Part shown: positions 1 through 9,283 of the stretch, piece by piece | Layout of the letters: every line of letters starts with the position of its first letter | Position numbering within the stretch: the first letter of the stretch is position 1 | Assembly: GCA_964567755.1 (NCBI GenBank) | Contig: CAZMNW010000020.1 | Coordinates: 110,434-174,433, forward strand | Reading direction: 5' to 3' | From: an uncultured bacterium | GTDB taxonomy: Bacteria > Krumholzibacteriota > Krumholzibacteriia > G020349025 | Length of the DNA: 64,000 nt | Program-made: the position numbers and the translations under genes | The notes under the pieces: model-generated | The model's input: the letters and a program-made list of their open reading frames with translations, nothing else | Databases searched by the model: none | What the model was told of the DNA's origin: nothing

Positions 1-600
1 GCTCGTTGGGCCCGGCTGCCCGGCGTAGAGGTGCTTGTGCGTCCGCAAGGAGAACACCAGGCTCAGGAGATAGGTGGCAAAGAGCACGATGGCGATCTCG
101 AGCGAAAGCTCTTTCTCGTGGGCGTTGGCATGGCCCGCCACCATGCGGTGAAAAATGGCGGGCACGACGAGACCGATGGCGGAAAGCGCCAGCAATGTGC
201 CGCCCGTGCTCGCCGCCGTGGCGTTGAAACGCAAGCGGTCGAAGCGCAAACCCCCGGCAACGATCGCGAGGCCGAGGACGAGCAGGATGTTGCCGATGAT
301 CGATCCGGTGATGGAGGCCTTGACCACTTCGGGGAGCCCGCGCTGCAGCGCCACCAGCGCGATGATGAGCTCTGCGGCGTTGCCAAAAGAGGCGTTGAGC
401 AGGCCGCCGAGCCCCGGCCCCATGCGCTCGGAGAGCGATTCCGTCGCGCGCCCCATGAGGCCTGCGAGCGGGATGATCGAGAGCGCCGAGGCCGCGAATA
501 CCAGCGGCGGGTCGGCGTGCGTAAACTCGAGCACCGCGGCCACGGGCAGGAAGACGAACATCAGCATCAGGAGTGGGATATGAAAGCGTCCGATGCGCAT
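1..600 (-). CDS. CaCA-family Ca2+/H+ (cation/proton) antiporter, N-terminal part; gene runs off the window edge
   Basis: Reverse-strand translation from ATG (complement of 598-600) gives [26 protein letters not shown]...[52 protein letters not shown], containing the GNAxELIIA and GSxxxNxLLVLG signature helices of Ca2+/H+ exchangers. No stop before position 1. Not in the ORF track because it is open at the edge. Confidence 0.85.
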   Translation of the reverse strand, partial: MRIGRFHIPLLMLMFVFLPVAAVLEFTHADPPLVFAASALSIIPLAGLMGRATESLSERMGPGLGGLLNASFGNAAELIIALVALQRGLPEVVKASITGSIIGNILLVLGLAIVAGGLRFDRLRFNATAASTGGTLLALSAIGLVVPAIFHRMVAGHANAHEKELSLEIAIVLFATYLLSLVFSLRTHKHLYAGQPGPTS

Positions 601-693
601 ACTAGGATCTCCTCGGTCTGCGGATCCCAGGGGCGAGTCTGCGATTGCGGCACCGCTGTTTCGGCCGCGATATGGTGCCCGCCGGAGGCAACC

Positions 694-1152
694 ATGCGGG
701 TGTCGATAACACGCCTCGGACCCCGGCCGCAAGCCAGGAGTCTGCGCTCCTGGGCGGTGTTCGCCCTCCTCACGGCCGCGTCCTGCAGCGCCAGCACCCG
801 CACGGAAACGAGCGATTTCGACGAGACCGGCCGCAGGGCCGACGGTTACAAGGTGAGCGCGACGATCGTCGGCAAGGACAAAGCGCAGTTGGATCGTGCC
901 CGCAGCCTCGCTCGCGAGGGCGACTATGACGGTGCAATCGCGATCGCCGAGTCGCTGCTCCAGGCCCCAGACACCGATGTCGAGCTCAAACCAGAGATCC
1001 TGCTCGTCTTGGGAGAGTTGTACGGCGCACCGCTCAATCCCGATCGGGACCTCGACGCCGCAACCCAGCTGCTACGCCAATTGCTGGCGGAGTATCCGGA
1101 CTCGAAGCAGGCAGAATCGGCGCGCCAAATCCTCGAGCCTTCCAAGCGTTGA
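694..1152 (+). CDS. small secreted/lipoprotein-like protein, possible TPR-like fold
   Basis: ATG at 694 preceded by GGAGG; N-terminus [34 protein letters not shown] looks like a signal peptide with lipobox-like cysteine. The upstream part of track ORF 31..1152 overlaps the antiporter on the other strand and is judged non-coding. Confidence 0.5.
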   Translation: MRVSITRLGPRPQARSLRSWAVFALLTAASCSASTRTETSDFDETGRRADGYKVSATIVGKDKAQLDRARSLAREGDYDGAIAIAESLLQAPDTDVELKPEILLVLGELYGAPLNPDRDLDAATQLLRQLLAEYPDSKQAESARQILEPSKR

Positions 1153-1380
1153 TTTTCTCGACATCCCCGTTCGATTTCGTGACGGTGGCGCACCTCGCGT
1201 TACGGCAATGATTTCGACGCTTTTCTCCGCTCGTGCGCTCATGCGGCGTTGAATTATTCGACGCCGAGATCGCGCGTCCAGCGCGCGCATGCTTGCACCG
1301 CCTGGCGCGCGTGCCGCGTAACTCGAGTCCCGCGCTGCAGTTCCTTCCTGCGCATGCGAATGCCCGATCCCGCCCCGCGC

Positions 1381-1396
1381 TGGCTCGTGTCTTGCG
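1381..1396 (+). promoter_or_regulatory. sigma-54 (-24/-12)-like promoter motif TGGCTCGTGTCTTGCG, followed by perfect palindrome GCGATG-caagt-CATCGC (1394-1410)
   Basis: GG and GC elements at the canonical 10-nt spacing (consensus TGGCAC-N5-TTGCW), about 55 bp upstream of the start of the GcvH-like/FeS/NrfD operon. A sigma-54 activator is encoded in the window. Confidence 0.3.
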
Positions 1397-1449
1397 ATGC
1401 AAGTCATCGCGGCGGTTCTTGAATCCGCCGCGGACAATCACCCGAGGAG

Positions 1450-2127
1450 GTGAGTCTTGTGACAGCGATTCTGGTCTTCTGCACCATCGCACTGTTCTTG
1501 ATCGTGGATTCGGTGCGAACACACAGACGCGGCGCGGTCGTGGCGCCGTACGTCCCGCTGCGACTCGAACCGGTGGGGGGCGATTTCCCCGTTCCGGCGG
1601 GGATCTTCGTCGGCGCCGGTCACACCTGGGCGAGGCTCGAAACCGACGGCTCGATCAAGGTCGGCGTGGACGATTTCGCCTCGCGTCTGTTGGGTCGGCT
1701 CGACCGCCTCGAGGTCGCCGCAGCGGGCGCCGAGCTCGCGCACGAGGATGCCGCCTTCGTGCTGCATCAAGGGACCAAGAGTGTCGCGTTCGCGTCGCCG
1801 CTCACCGGCACGGTGACCGACGTGAACACCACGCTCTTGCACGAACCGGAACGCCTGCGCGACGCACCCTACGACGCCGGCTGGCTGCTGCGCATCCGGC
1901 CGCACCATCTAGCGCGCGAGCTCCGGCGTCTGCGCATCGGGGACGAAGCAGAGCGATGGCTGCGGCATGAAGCTGCGCGTCTCGGCGATTTCCTCGGTCG
2001 CACACTCCCGAGCGCACCCGTCGGTGCGACGCTCCAAGACGGTGGCCTTGCCGTGACTGGAGTGATGGAGACGCTCGACGCCAACGCGTGGGAGCGTTTC
2101 GAATCCGAATTCCTTGCCGGTCGCTGA
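1450..2127 (+). CDS. membrane-anchored glycine-cleavage-H-like (lipoyl-domain) protein
   Basis: GTG start after GAGGAGG; N-terminal hydrophobic helix SLVTAILVFCTIALFLIV; core GHTWARLETDGSIKVGVDDFA...LHQGTKSVAFASPLTGTVTDVN aligns with the GcvH fold, including a Lys at the lipoyl-lysine position (TKSV vs ESVKA). Confidence 0.65.
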   Translation: MSLVTAILVFCTIALFLIVDSVRTHRRGAVVAPYVPLRLEPVGGDFPVPAGIFVGAGHTWARLETDGSIKVGVDDFASRLLGRLDRLEVAAAGAELAHEDAAFVLHQGTKSVAFASPLTGTVTDVNTTLLHEPERLRDAPYDAGWLLRIRPHHLARELRRLRIGDEAERWLRHEAARLGDFLGRTLPSAPVGATLQDGGLAVTGVMETLDANAWERFESEFLAGR

Positions 2128-2199
2128 GGTTGCAGCGACCGTGCGGTGCATAGGACACCTGCTGCGTGCAAGCGGTCGAATCAGAGGAGGAGGGCGACG

Positions 2200-2985
2200 A
2201 TGACTGCGGCGCTGCTCATCGACACCACGCGCTGCATCGGATGCAACGCTTGTGCGGATGCCTGCAAGGAAGCCAATCATCTGCCGGGGGAGGTGGAAGC
2301 CACGCTCACTGCCCGCACCTGGACGGTGGTCGAGGAGAGGGGGGACGTGTACGTCCGGCGGATGTGCATGCATTGCGAGGAGCCGTCTTGCGCTTCGGTG
2401 TGTCCAGTCGGGGCGTTGCACAAGACTCCCGAGGGACCGGTGGCGTACGAAGAGTCACGCTGCATCGGCTGCCGCTACTGCATGGTGGCCTGTCCCTTCG
2501 GCGTCCCGAAGTACGAATGGGACAAGGCGCTGCCGCGGGTGCAGAAGTGCATTGGCTGCATCGGCCGCGTGCGCGCCGGCCAGAGCACGGCGTGTGCCGC
2601 CGCCTGCCCGGCAGAGGCCACGACGTTCGGTGAGCGCGAGGAACTGCTGGCGGAAGCGCGCCGGCGGATTCGCGAGAATCCCGATTCCTATGTGCACCGC
2701 ATCTATGGGGAACGCGAAGTCGGTGGCACGAACGTGCTGGTGTTGGCGGCGGTTCCCTTCGAGCAGCTCGGGTTCCCGGCCGACCTGCCCGAGAGAGCGA
2801 TGCCGTCCTACACCTGGGAAGCACTGTCGAAGATCCCGAACGTCGTCTCGGTGGGAGGCGTCGGCTTGCTGGGGATCTGGTGGATCATCCGCCGCCGTAT
2901 GCAGCTCGAGCGCTTGGAAGACGTCGACGTCGATACCGGGTCGCTCCTGGAACGGGCCACGAGTCGAGACGGAGGCCGGTCATGA
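2200..2985 (+). CDS. 4Fe-4S ferredoxin-type iron-sulfur subunit (NrfC/PsrB/HybA/DsrO-like) with C-terminal membrane anchor
   Basis: RBS GGAGG then ATG at 2200; four Cys clusters (CIGCNACADAC, CMHCEEPSCASVCP, CIGCRYCMVACP, CIGCIGRVRAGQSTACAAACP); C-terminal hydrophobic helix VVSVGGVGLLGIWWII; no Tat/Sec signal seen. Stop overlaps the next start (ATGA). Confidence 0.85.
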   Translation: MTAALLIDTTRCIGCNACADACKEANHLPGEVEATLTARTWTVVEERGDVYVRRMCMHCEEPSCASVCPVGALHKTPEGPVAYEESRCIGCRYCMVACPFGVPKYEWDKALPRVQKCIGCIGRVRAGQSTACAAACPAEATTFGEREELLAEARRRIRENPDSYVHRIYGEREVGGTNVLVLAAVPFEQLGFPADLPERAMPSYTWEALSKIPNVVSVGGVGLLGIWWIIRRRMQLERLEDVDVDTGSLLERATSRDGGRS

Positions 2986-4172
2986 AGCCACGTATCGCTT
3001 TCCCGCGCATCACGTTCTGGAGGGGTGTGTTCGGGCTCATCGTCGCTGCCGGCCTGGTGGCGACCTGGGTGCGTTTCACCCGGGGATTGGGGGCGAGCAC
3101 GAATCTCTCCGACCAATTTCCGTGGGGACTGTGGATCGGTTTCGATGTGCTCTGTGGCGTCGGGCTGGCGGCGGGAGGCTTCGCCGTCACCGCGATGGTG
3201 CACATCTTCCACATCGAACGCTACAAGCCGATCCTGCGGCCGACGATTCTGACCGCCTTCCTCGGCTACTTGCTGGTGATCGTGGCGCTGCTCTTCGACC
3301 TCGGGCGGCCGTACCGGATCTGGCATCCGCTGGTCATGCGGAACCCGCACTCGGTAATGTTCGAGGTCGCCTGGTGCGTGATGCTCTACACCACGGTGCT
3401 GGCACTCGAGTTCAGCCCCATCGTGTTCGAGAAGCTGCGCATGCAGCGGCCCCGGCGCGTCCTGCACGCCATTTCCGTGCCGCTCGTGATCGTGGGGGTG
3501 TTGCTCTCGACGTTGCACCAATCCTCACTCGGGTCGCTGTTCTTGATCATGCCGCAGAAGTTGCACCCGCTGTGGTACACGCCGATGCTGCCGGTGTTCT
3601 TCTTCATCTCCGCGCTCGGCGTCGGCTTCGCCATGGTCATCTTCGAGTCCTATTTGAGTGGGAAGGCCTTTGGCAAACAGCTCGAGCTGTCGTTGCTCTC
3701 CGATCTGGCACGCGTCGTCGTCGTGGTGCAACTCGTCGCCCTGGTGTGGCGGCTCGAGGACCTGGCGTTCCGTGGCGCCTGGGAGCACCTCTGGGCCACG
3801 ACGTTGCCGGCCGCCGCGTTCGCCGCCGAGATGATCGTGGGTGCCATCGTTCCCATCGTGCTCTTCGCCGTGCCGCGCTGGCGCCAGAATCCGCACACCT
3901 TGTTCCTGGGCTCGGCGTGCGTCGTCTCGGGTTTCGTGCTCAATCGGCTGAACGTCGGCATCACCGGACTCGAGCTGGGCACCGGGCAACGTTACTTCCC
4001 GAGCTGGATGGAAGTCGCGGTCACCATGAGCATCGTGGCGATCGGTTTCGCGCTGTTCGGCGTCGCCTGCAGGACCTTACCGATCTTCGAATCGCCCAAG
4101 GCGCAGATCCGGCGGTTGCGTCGCGGCCGGCTGGCCACGACGCCAGCGCAACCGGCTTCAGCGCAGGCATGA
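2982..4172 (+). CDS. NrfD/PsrC-family polytopic membrane subunit (quinone-interacting)
   Basis: MKPRIAFPRITFWRGVFGLIVAAGLVATWVRF...; 8-10 predicted TM helices over about 397 aa; translationally coupled to the preceding Fe-S gene. Confidence 0.85.
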   Translation: MKPRIAFPRITFWRGVFGLIVAAGLVATWVRFTRGLGASTNLSDQFPWGLWIGFDVLCGVGLAAGGFAVTAMVHIFHIERYKPILRPTILTAFLGYLLVIVALLFDLGRPYRIWHPLVMRNPHSVMFEVAWCVMLYTTVLALEFSPIVFEKLRMQRPRRVLHAISVPLVIVGVLLSTLHQSSLGSLFLIMPQKLHPLWYTPMLPVFFFISALGVGFAMVIFESYLSGKAFGKQLELSLLSDLARVVVVVQLVALVWRLEDLAFRGAWEHLWATTLPAAAFAAEMIVGAIVPIVLFAVPRWRQNPHTLFLGSACVVSGFVLNRLNVGITGLELGTGQRYFPSWMEVAVTMSIVAIGFALFGVACRTLPIFESPKAQIRRLRRGRLATTPAQPASAQA

Positions 4173-4212
4173 GGGTCGAGTCACAGGGTCGCAAGGACCC
4201 TCGGGAGGAGCC

Positions 4213-5067
4213 ATGGATGCAATCGGGCGCAGAGAAGCAGGAATGCAGCGCGCGCGCGTCGTTCCCGAAGGCGAGGCGCCCTGCATCTGGATGTTGGCGG
4301 GTGTCTTGAGCTGTTGGATCTGCGATCTGCAGCTGGACTGTGAGCGCTGCCCTCTGGATGCGGCACTCCGACACGAGACGCGGCGTTTGCTGAAGCCGCC
4401 GGTGGATGCGGTGCTGGACCGCGCAGCCAACGCGCGGCCAGCCTCCGAGTCCGCGGCGCCGGAGAATCCGAGTCGAGAGCAAGGCGTGCATGATCTCGAG
4501 ATGCGAGATCTCCCCGCGCTCGACCCGGACGCCCTCTACTCGCGCGGCCACCTTTGGGTGCGATTCGAGGCCGATGGCAGGGCGCGCGTCGGCCTCGATG
4601 CATTCGCCGCCCGAATCGTCGGGCGGCTGCGTTGTGTTGTGCTGCCACTCGTCGGCTCACGCCTGCAGCGGGGGCGGCCTTGCACTTGGCTGGACCAACC
4701 CGGGGGAACCTTGACGTTGCTGGCACCAATCACGGGTCAGGTGTTGGAATGCAACGAGAAATTGGCTTGCGGCACTGATTTCGAGCTGCACGATTCGATG
4801 GCAGACGCGTGGCTGTTCGTGCTGCAACCTCACCGTCCACGCAAGGAGTCGGCAGCCCTGCTGCACGCCGAGACCTTTTCCGCCATGGTGCAAAGAGATG
4901 TCGAATCATGGCACCAGGCTCTGGTCCAAGCGCTCGACGTCGTGACTATGTCCGGGGGTGAAACGATGGCGGACGGGGGAGTGCCCGTGCACAGCACCAT
5001 CGAGCTCCTCGGATCGCGCGGGATGCATCGACTGGCAGCTCGATATCTGCATCCGTCTCGCGCTTGA
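4213..5067 (+). CDS. GcvH-like protein 2, Cys-rich N-terminus, lipoyl-lysine position not conserved
   Basis: RBS GGGAGGAG then ATG; YSRGHLWVRFEADGRARVGLDAFAARIVG matches the GcvH N-terminal beta-strands; the lipoyl position reads GGTLTLLAPITGQVLECN (no Lys); N-terminal CWICDLQLDCERCP. Confidence 0.55.
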   Translation: MDAIGRREAGMQRARVVPEGEAPCIWMLAGVLSCWICDLQLDCERCPLDAALRHETRRLLKPPVDAVLDRAANARPASESAAPENPSREQGVHDLEMRDLPALDPDALYSRGHLWVRFEADGRARVGLDAFAARIVGRLRCVVLPLVGSRLQRGRPCTWLDQPGGTLTLLAPITGQVLECNEKLACGTDFELHDSMADAWLFVLQPHRPRKESAALLHAETFSAMVQRDVESWHQALVQALDVVTMSGGETMADGGVPVHSTIELLGSRGMHRLAARYLHPSRA

Positions 5068-5215
5068 AGCGGCACGGCAACCTCTGGGACAAGGCGTGCG
5101 GCGAGCAAGGACAAAAGAGTCCAGCGATCGCCTGACTGACGACACCTTGCCGTAGTGAATCTAGACGGTTACATACAAAACAGGAAGACTCGATCGCCAA
5201 CCGCGGAGATGCGGC

Positions 5216-6967
5216 ATGGATGCGGACAAGCGCGATGCCAGCCAGCCGGACAGCAAGACAGGAGGAGCTGAGGCCGAGGCGGCCGGGGGCCTGTCTCCCG
5301 CTTCACAGCGGCGCTCGAGATTCTTCCATCACCTGAGTATTCGTCTCTTTTTACTCTTGTTTGGCTCCATCGTGGTGCTCTTGGCGCTCTTCACCGGGCT
5401 TGTGGTGCGTGAGCATCGCCGGCACCTCATGGCCACGGTGAGTCTGAGCGCTGGCCGCGCCAGCGACATCATCCGGCACACGACACGTGCCAGCATGCTG
5501 CGCAGCCAACGCACCGAGCTGCACGAGATCATGCAGAATCTCGGCACCCAGCCAGGGATCGACCTCGTGCGCGTCTACAACAAGCAGGGTGTCATCATGT
5601 TCTCCACCCGCGCCGACGAGCTGCGGCACCAAGTCGACCTGCAAGCCGAAGCCTGCCACCGTTGCCACGCGCAGGAATCGCCCCGTCAGGTTCTTGCGGG
5701 TGGCGATGCCGCGCGCATTTTCGCCAACGGTGACCACCGCGTCTTGGGTTGGATCAGTGCCATCCCCAACGCACCCGATTGCTTCACGGCTCCCTGTCAT
5801 GCTCATCCGCGCGAACAAACTGTTCTCGGTGTGCTCGACGTTTGGATGTCGCTCGACACACTGGATGCGCAGATGCAGGCGAGCAGCCGCCACATGAGTC
5901 TGATGGCGGTGGCGGTGGCCGCGATGGTCGCCCTGGCTTTTGCCTGGCTCATCTTGCATCTGGTGCAACGGCCCGTGGAGCGTCTGATCGGGGCCACACG
6001 CGATGTCGCGGCCGGCAACTTGGAGCACACGATCGAGCACGGCGCAGACGACGATCTCGGCGACTTGGCGCAGTCGTTCAACACGATGACGCGACGGCTG
6101 CAGCATGCGCGTGCCGAGAACCGCCATTGGGCGCAGACGCTCGAGGAGCGCGTGGCCGAAAAGACGCGTGAGCTGCAGCGTGCGCATGCGCACCTGGGGC
6201 AGATGGACCGCATGGCGTCGCTCGGCAAGCTCTCGGCCACCGTCGCGCACGAAATCAACAATCCGTTGTCGGGGATCTTGGTGTCGGCGCGGTTGGTGGA
6301 GCGCACGCTGGAGGGTGGCGATTTTTCGCCACAAAGCCAGGAGTCCATGCACCGTTCGCTGCAAATGATCGGTTCCGAATCGCGCCGTTGCGGCGAGATC
6401 GCCCGCAACCTGCTGGCGTTCGCGCGCACTGCCGCGCCGCGGACAGAATCGGTGTCGCTAACGGCGTTGCTGGCGCGCTGCCTCGAGCTGGTGCGCCATC
6501 ATCTCGAATTGGCCAACATCACGGCGCGCCAGGAGCGAAGCGGCGAGGATGATTTCGCCGACTGCTCCGCGGGCGAGATCCAGCAAGCCGTCTTGGGATT
6601 GTTGGTGAACGCGGTCGAAGCCATGCCGAGCGGAGGCATGCTCACCTTGCACCTGCGTCTCGAACCGGACGTGATCCGGATCGCGGTGCAGGACACGGGT
6701 GTGGGGATCGCCGCCGAGATCCTGCCGCGCATTTTCGAGCCCTTCTTCACCACGAAATCGGACACGAGTGGGGTCGGACTGGGACTGGCGGTAGTCTACG
6801 GCATCATGCAACGCCATGGGGGCAAGGTGGAAGTGGAATCGAAGGTGGACGCCGGCAGCACATTCACCCTGGTGTGGCCGCGCCGCGCCGCGGGGCCGGA
6901 AGTGCCGGGCCCCGGCATGTGCGGCGACTCGCGTTTGACGGAGGCCCCCGAGGAGATGCGCTCATGA
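5216..6967 (+). CDS. sensor histidine kinase (two TM helices, periplasmic domain with CxxCH motif, HAMP, HisKA, HATPase)
   Basis: TM1 FLLLFGSIVVLLALFTGLVV; periplasmic segment with EACHRCH (CxxCH) and DCFTAPCH; TM2 LMAVAVAAMVALAFAWLILHL; HAMP; H-box ATVAHEINNPL; C-terminal G-boxes (DTGVGI, GVGLGLAVVYGIM). Confidence 0.85.
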   Translation: MDADKRDASQPDSKTGGAEAEAAGGLSPASQRRSRFFHHLSIRLFLLLFGSIVVLLALFTGLVVREHRRHLMATVSLSAGRASDIIRHTTRASMLRSQRTELHEIMQNLGTQPGIDLVRVYNKQGVIMFSTRADELRHQVDLQAEACHRCHAQESPRQVLAGGDAARIFANGDHRVLGWISAIPNAPDCFTAPCHAHPREQTVLGVLDVWMSLDTLDAQMQASSRHMSLMAVAVAAMVALAFAWLILHLVQRPVERLIGATRDVAAGNLEHTIEHGADDDLGDLAQSFNTMTRRLQHARAENRHWAQTLEERVAEKTRELQRAHAHLGQMDRMASLGKLSATVAHEINNPLSGILVSARLVERTLEGGDFSPQSQESMHRSLQMIGSESRRCGEIARNLLAFARTAAPRTESVSLTALLARCLELVRHHLELANITARQERSGEDDFADCSAGEIQQAVLGLLVNAVEAMPSGGMLTLHLRLEPDVIRIAVQDTGVGIAAEILPRIFEPFFTTKSDTSGVGLGLAVVYGIMQRHGGKVEVESKVDAGSTFTLVWPRRAAGPEVPGPGMCGDSRLTEAPEEMRS

Positions 6968-8316
6968 ACCGAGCATGCGGCAAGATTCTGGTCGTGGACG
7001 ACGAGAACGCTGTGCGCGAGTCGTTGCACGAGTGGTTCGTCAAGGACGGGCACGAGGTTGCGATCGCGGCCAACGCCAAGGAAGCGCTGCAGCGGCTGCA
7101 AGAACACCCCGGAACGTGGGATGTCGTGCTGCTCGACATTAAAATGCCGGGGATGGACGGCATGGAGCTGCAGCGGCGGATTCATGCCCTCGATGCCAGC
7201 ATCGTCGTCGTCATGATCACGGCGTACGCAGCGGTCGACACGGCGGTCGCGGCGCTCAAGTCGGGTGCCTACGACTACGTTACCAAGCCCTTCGACCCCG
7301 ATCACTTGAGTGCGCTCATTCGCAAAGCTCTCCAGCATCGGCAGCTGCAACGCGAGAATGTGCGCCTGCGCGACCAGATCACCGAGCAAGAGCGCGGCGA
7401 CGAAATCATCGGCCAGAGCAAACAGATGCAAGAGACCTTCGAGCTGGTACGCGTCGTGGCCCCGACCGATTCCACGGTCATCATTCGCGGTGAAAGCGGC
7501 ACGGGCAAAGAGCTCATCGCGCGCGCCATTCACGCCCACAGCCGCAGGCGTTACTTCCCGCTGATTCCCGTCAACTGCGGCGCGTTGGCCGAGGGCATCC
7601 TGGAAAGCGAGCTCTTCGGCCACGAACGCGGCGCCTTCACCGGCGCGCACTACCGCCGCAAAGGCAAGCTCGAGATGGCCGATGGCGGCACATTGTTCCT
7701 CGATGAAATCGGCAACATCGCCATGAAGACGCAGATGGACCTGTTGCGCGTGCTCGAGACCAAGCAGTTCACGCGGCTCGGCGGCAACGAGGTCGTGAGC
7801 GTCGACTTTCGCGTCATCTGCGCCACGAACCGCAGCCTGGAACAGGCGCTGCAGACTGGCGAGTTCCTCGAAGAGCTCTATTATCGGATCAATGTGTTCG
7901 CCATCCATTTGGCGCCGCTGCGCGAGCGCAAGAGCGATGTCCCCGCGCTGGTGGAGCACTTCGTGCGCAAATTCAGCTTGGCCATGGGCAAACGTGTCGA
8001 AGGCTTGATGCCCGAGGCGTTGGACCGGCTCATGCACCATACGTGGCCGGGCAACGTGCGCGAGTTGGAGAATGCCGTCGAGCGCGCCATGGTGGTCGGC
8101 CGGCCGCCGCTGTTGCGGCTCGAAGATTTCTCGCTGCACTTCGACAATGGCTTGCACCCGGCGGAAGGCGACTCGCTCGAGGAGGTGGAGCTCGCCCACA
8201 TCCGTCACGTGTTGGAACAGCAGAACTGGAACATCACGCGCACGGCCGACGTTCTTGGCATCAATCGCGTCACCCTGTACAACAAAATCAAGAAGTTCGG
8301 TCTGCGGAAGGAATGA
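6964..8316 (+). CDS. sigma-54-dependent response regulator (NtrC family: REC + AAA+ + HTH)
   Basis: REC domain KILVVDDE...DVVLLDIKMPGMDG; AAA+ Walker A GESGTGKE; GAFTGA motif; ELFGHERGAFTGA; C-terminal HTH NITRTADVLGINRVTLYNKIKKFGL. Start overlaps the kinase stop (ATGA). Confidence 0.9.
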   Translation: MNRACGKILVVDDENAVRESLHEWFVKDGHEVAIAANAKEALQRLQEHPGTWDVVLLDIKMPGMDGMELQRRIHALDASIVVVMITAYAAVDTAVAALKSGAYDYVTKPFDPDHLSALIRKALQHRQLQRENVRLRDQITEQERGDEIIGQSKQMQETFELVRVVAPTDSTVIIRGESGTGKELIARAIHAHSRRRYFPLIPVNCGALAEGILESELFGHERGAFTGAHYRRKGKLEMADGGTLFLDEIGNIAMKTQMDLLRVLETKQFTRLGGNEVVSVDFRVICATNRSLEQALQTGEFLEELYYRINVFAIHLAPLRERKSDVPALVEHFVRKFSLAMGKRVEGLMPEALDRLMHHTWPGNVRELENAVERAMVVGRPPLLRLEDFSLHFDNGLHPAEGDSLEEVELAHIRHVLEQQNWNITRTADVLGINRVTLYNKIKKFGLRKE

Positions 8317-8317
8317 G

Positions 8318-8857
8318 ATGCAGGAGATCTGGATCCTGCCGCTCCCCGGGGCCGAGAGCGTCGAAATTGCGCGTGTCGCCTTGGAGGTCGAAGAGCAGCT
8401 GCATCGGCCGGTCGTGGTCGGCGAGGCGCGGCAGAGCGTCGATGCAGCTTACGATCCGATGCGCGACCAGTTCAATTCGCGGATTCTGCTGCAGTGGCTA
8501 GTGGAGGTGCGCCCCCGCCAGGCCGAGCGCGTTCTCGGCATCACCGGGCTCGATCTCTTCATCCCCGTCCTCACCTTCGTCTTTGGTGAGGCGCAGCTCG
8601 GCGGTTGCGCGGCCGTGGTGTCCTGGTCGCGTTTGGACAATCGTTACTACGGCTTGGGCGCGGATGCGAGCCTGCGACACGATCGCCTGGTGAAGGAAGC
8701 GATTCACGAGCTCGGTCATACTTATGGCCTGTTGCATTGTTTGGACACGCAATGTGTCATGCGCCGTTCGACCTATGTCGAGCAGATCGATCTCAAGCTG
8801 CGCCGGTTCTGCATGTCCTGCGCGCGGGCGATGCAGGTCGGGGCCACGGACAGCTGA
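8318..8857 (+). CDS. archaemetzincin-like zinc peptidase
   Basis: HELGHTYGLLHCLDTQCVMRRSTY...CMSCARA = HExxHxxGxxxC...C...CxxC zinc/cysteine pattern typical of archaemetzincins; ATG 2 bp after the regulator stop. Confidence 0.75.
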   Translation: MQEIWILPLPGAESVEIARVALEVEEQLHRPVVVGEARQSVDAAYDPMRDQFNSRILLQWLVEVRPRQAERVLGITGLDLFIPVLTFVFGEAQLGGCAAVVSWSRLDNRYYGLGADASLRHDRLVKEAIHELGHTYGLLHCLDTQCVMRRSTYVEQIDLKLRRFCMSCARAMQVGATDS

Positions 8858-9219
8858 TCCAGGCTCAAGGACCGAAATCGATGCTGCAACTCGCGGTGTT
8901 CGGCATCGCTTTCTGGTGAGTCGGCGCGCTGCCGCGGATCCAATCCACCGTCCAGAACCTCCAACTGCAGCGTGCTGCGGCGATCCCGAATATGATTGGC
9001 GAGCAGATTGCGCGCGGTTCGGAACACGTATGCGCGCGCTTTGTCGGGCTCCCGGAGCAGCGGCGCCTGCGCCACGAAACGCGTCAGCGTTTCCTGACAC
9101 AGATCCTCGGCCGCGTCGGCGTCGCGCAGCCGCCGGCGCAACCACGCCAACAACTCGGGGCGCAGGCGCTCGAGCCATACGGCGTCGTACGCGAATCTCG
9201 GGTCGTGCTCCTTGTCCAT
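8773..9219 (-). CDS. sigma-70 region-2-only ECF-like protein (possibly truncated or degenerate sigma factor)
   Basis: MDKEHDPRFAYDAVWLERLRPELLAWLRRRL...CQETLTRFVAQAP...AYVFRTARNLLANHIRDRR resembles ECF region 2; no recognisable region 4 in any frame downstream; 85-bp convergent overlap with the archaemetzincin gene end. Confidence 0.4.
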   Translation of the reverse strand: MDKEHDPRFAYDAVWLERLRPELLAWLRRRLRDADAAEDLCQETLTRFVAQAPLLREPDKARAYVFRTARNLLANHIRDRRSTLQLEVLDGGLDPRQRADSPESDAEHRELQHRFRSLSLDQLSVAPTCIARAQDMQNRRSLRSICST

Positions 9220-9283
9220 GGCCTCCGGATCCGTCCCGGAACGTCCCCGCTCCAGTTCTGAAGACACGCGAGCGAGTGAAAGG

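Noticed and set aside
2252-4309. 685-aa ORF on the + strand spanning the Fe-S and NrfD genes in another frame
   Set aside because: Arg/Ala/Pro-rich low-complexity translation typical of off-frame ORFs in high-GC DNA; the overlapping frames give well-formed Fe-S and membrane proteins.
5351-8208. Long antisense ORFs (5351..6364 -, 6796..8208 -) opposite the histidine kinase and NtrC genes
   Set aside because: No recognisable motifs; they overlap strongly supported genes on the other strand; GC-rich antisense artefacts.
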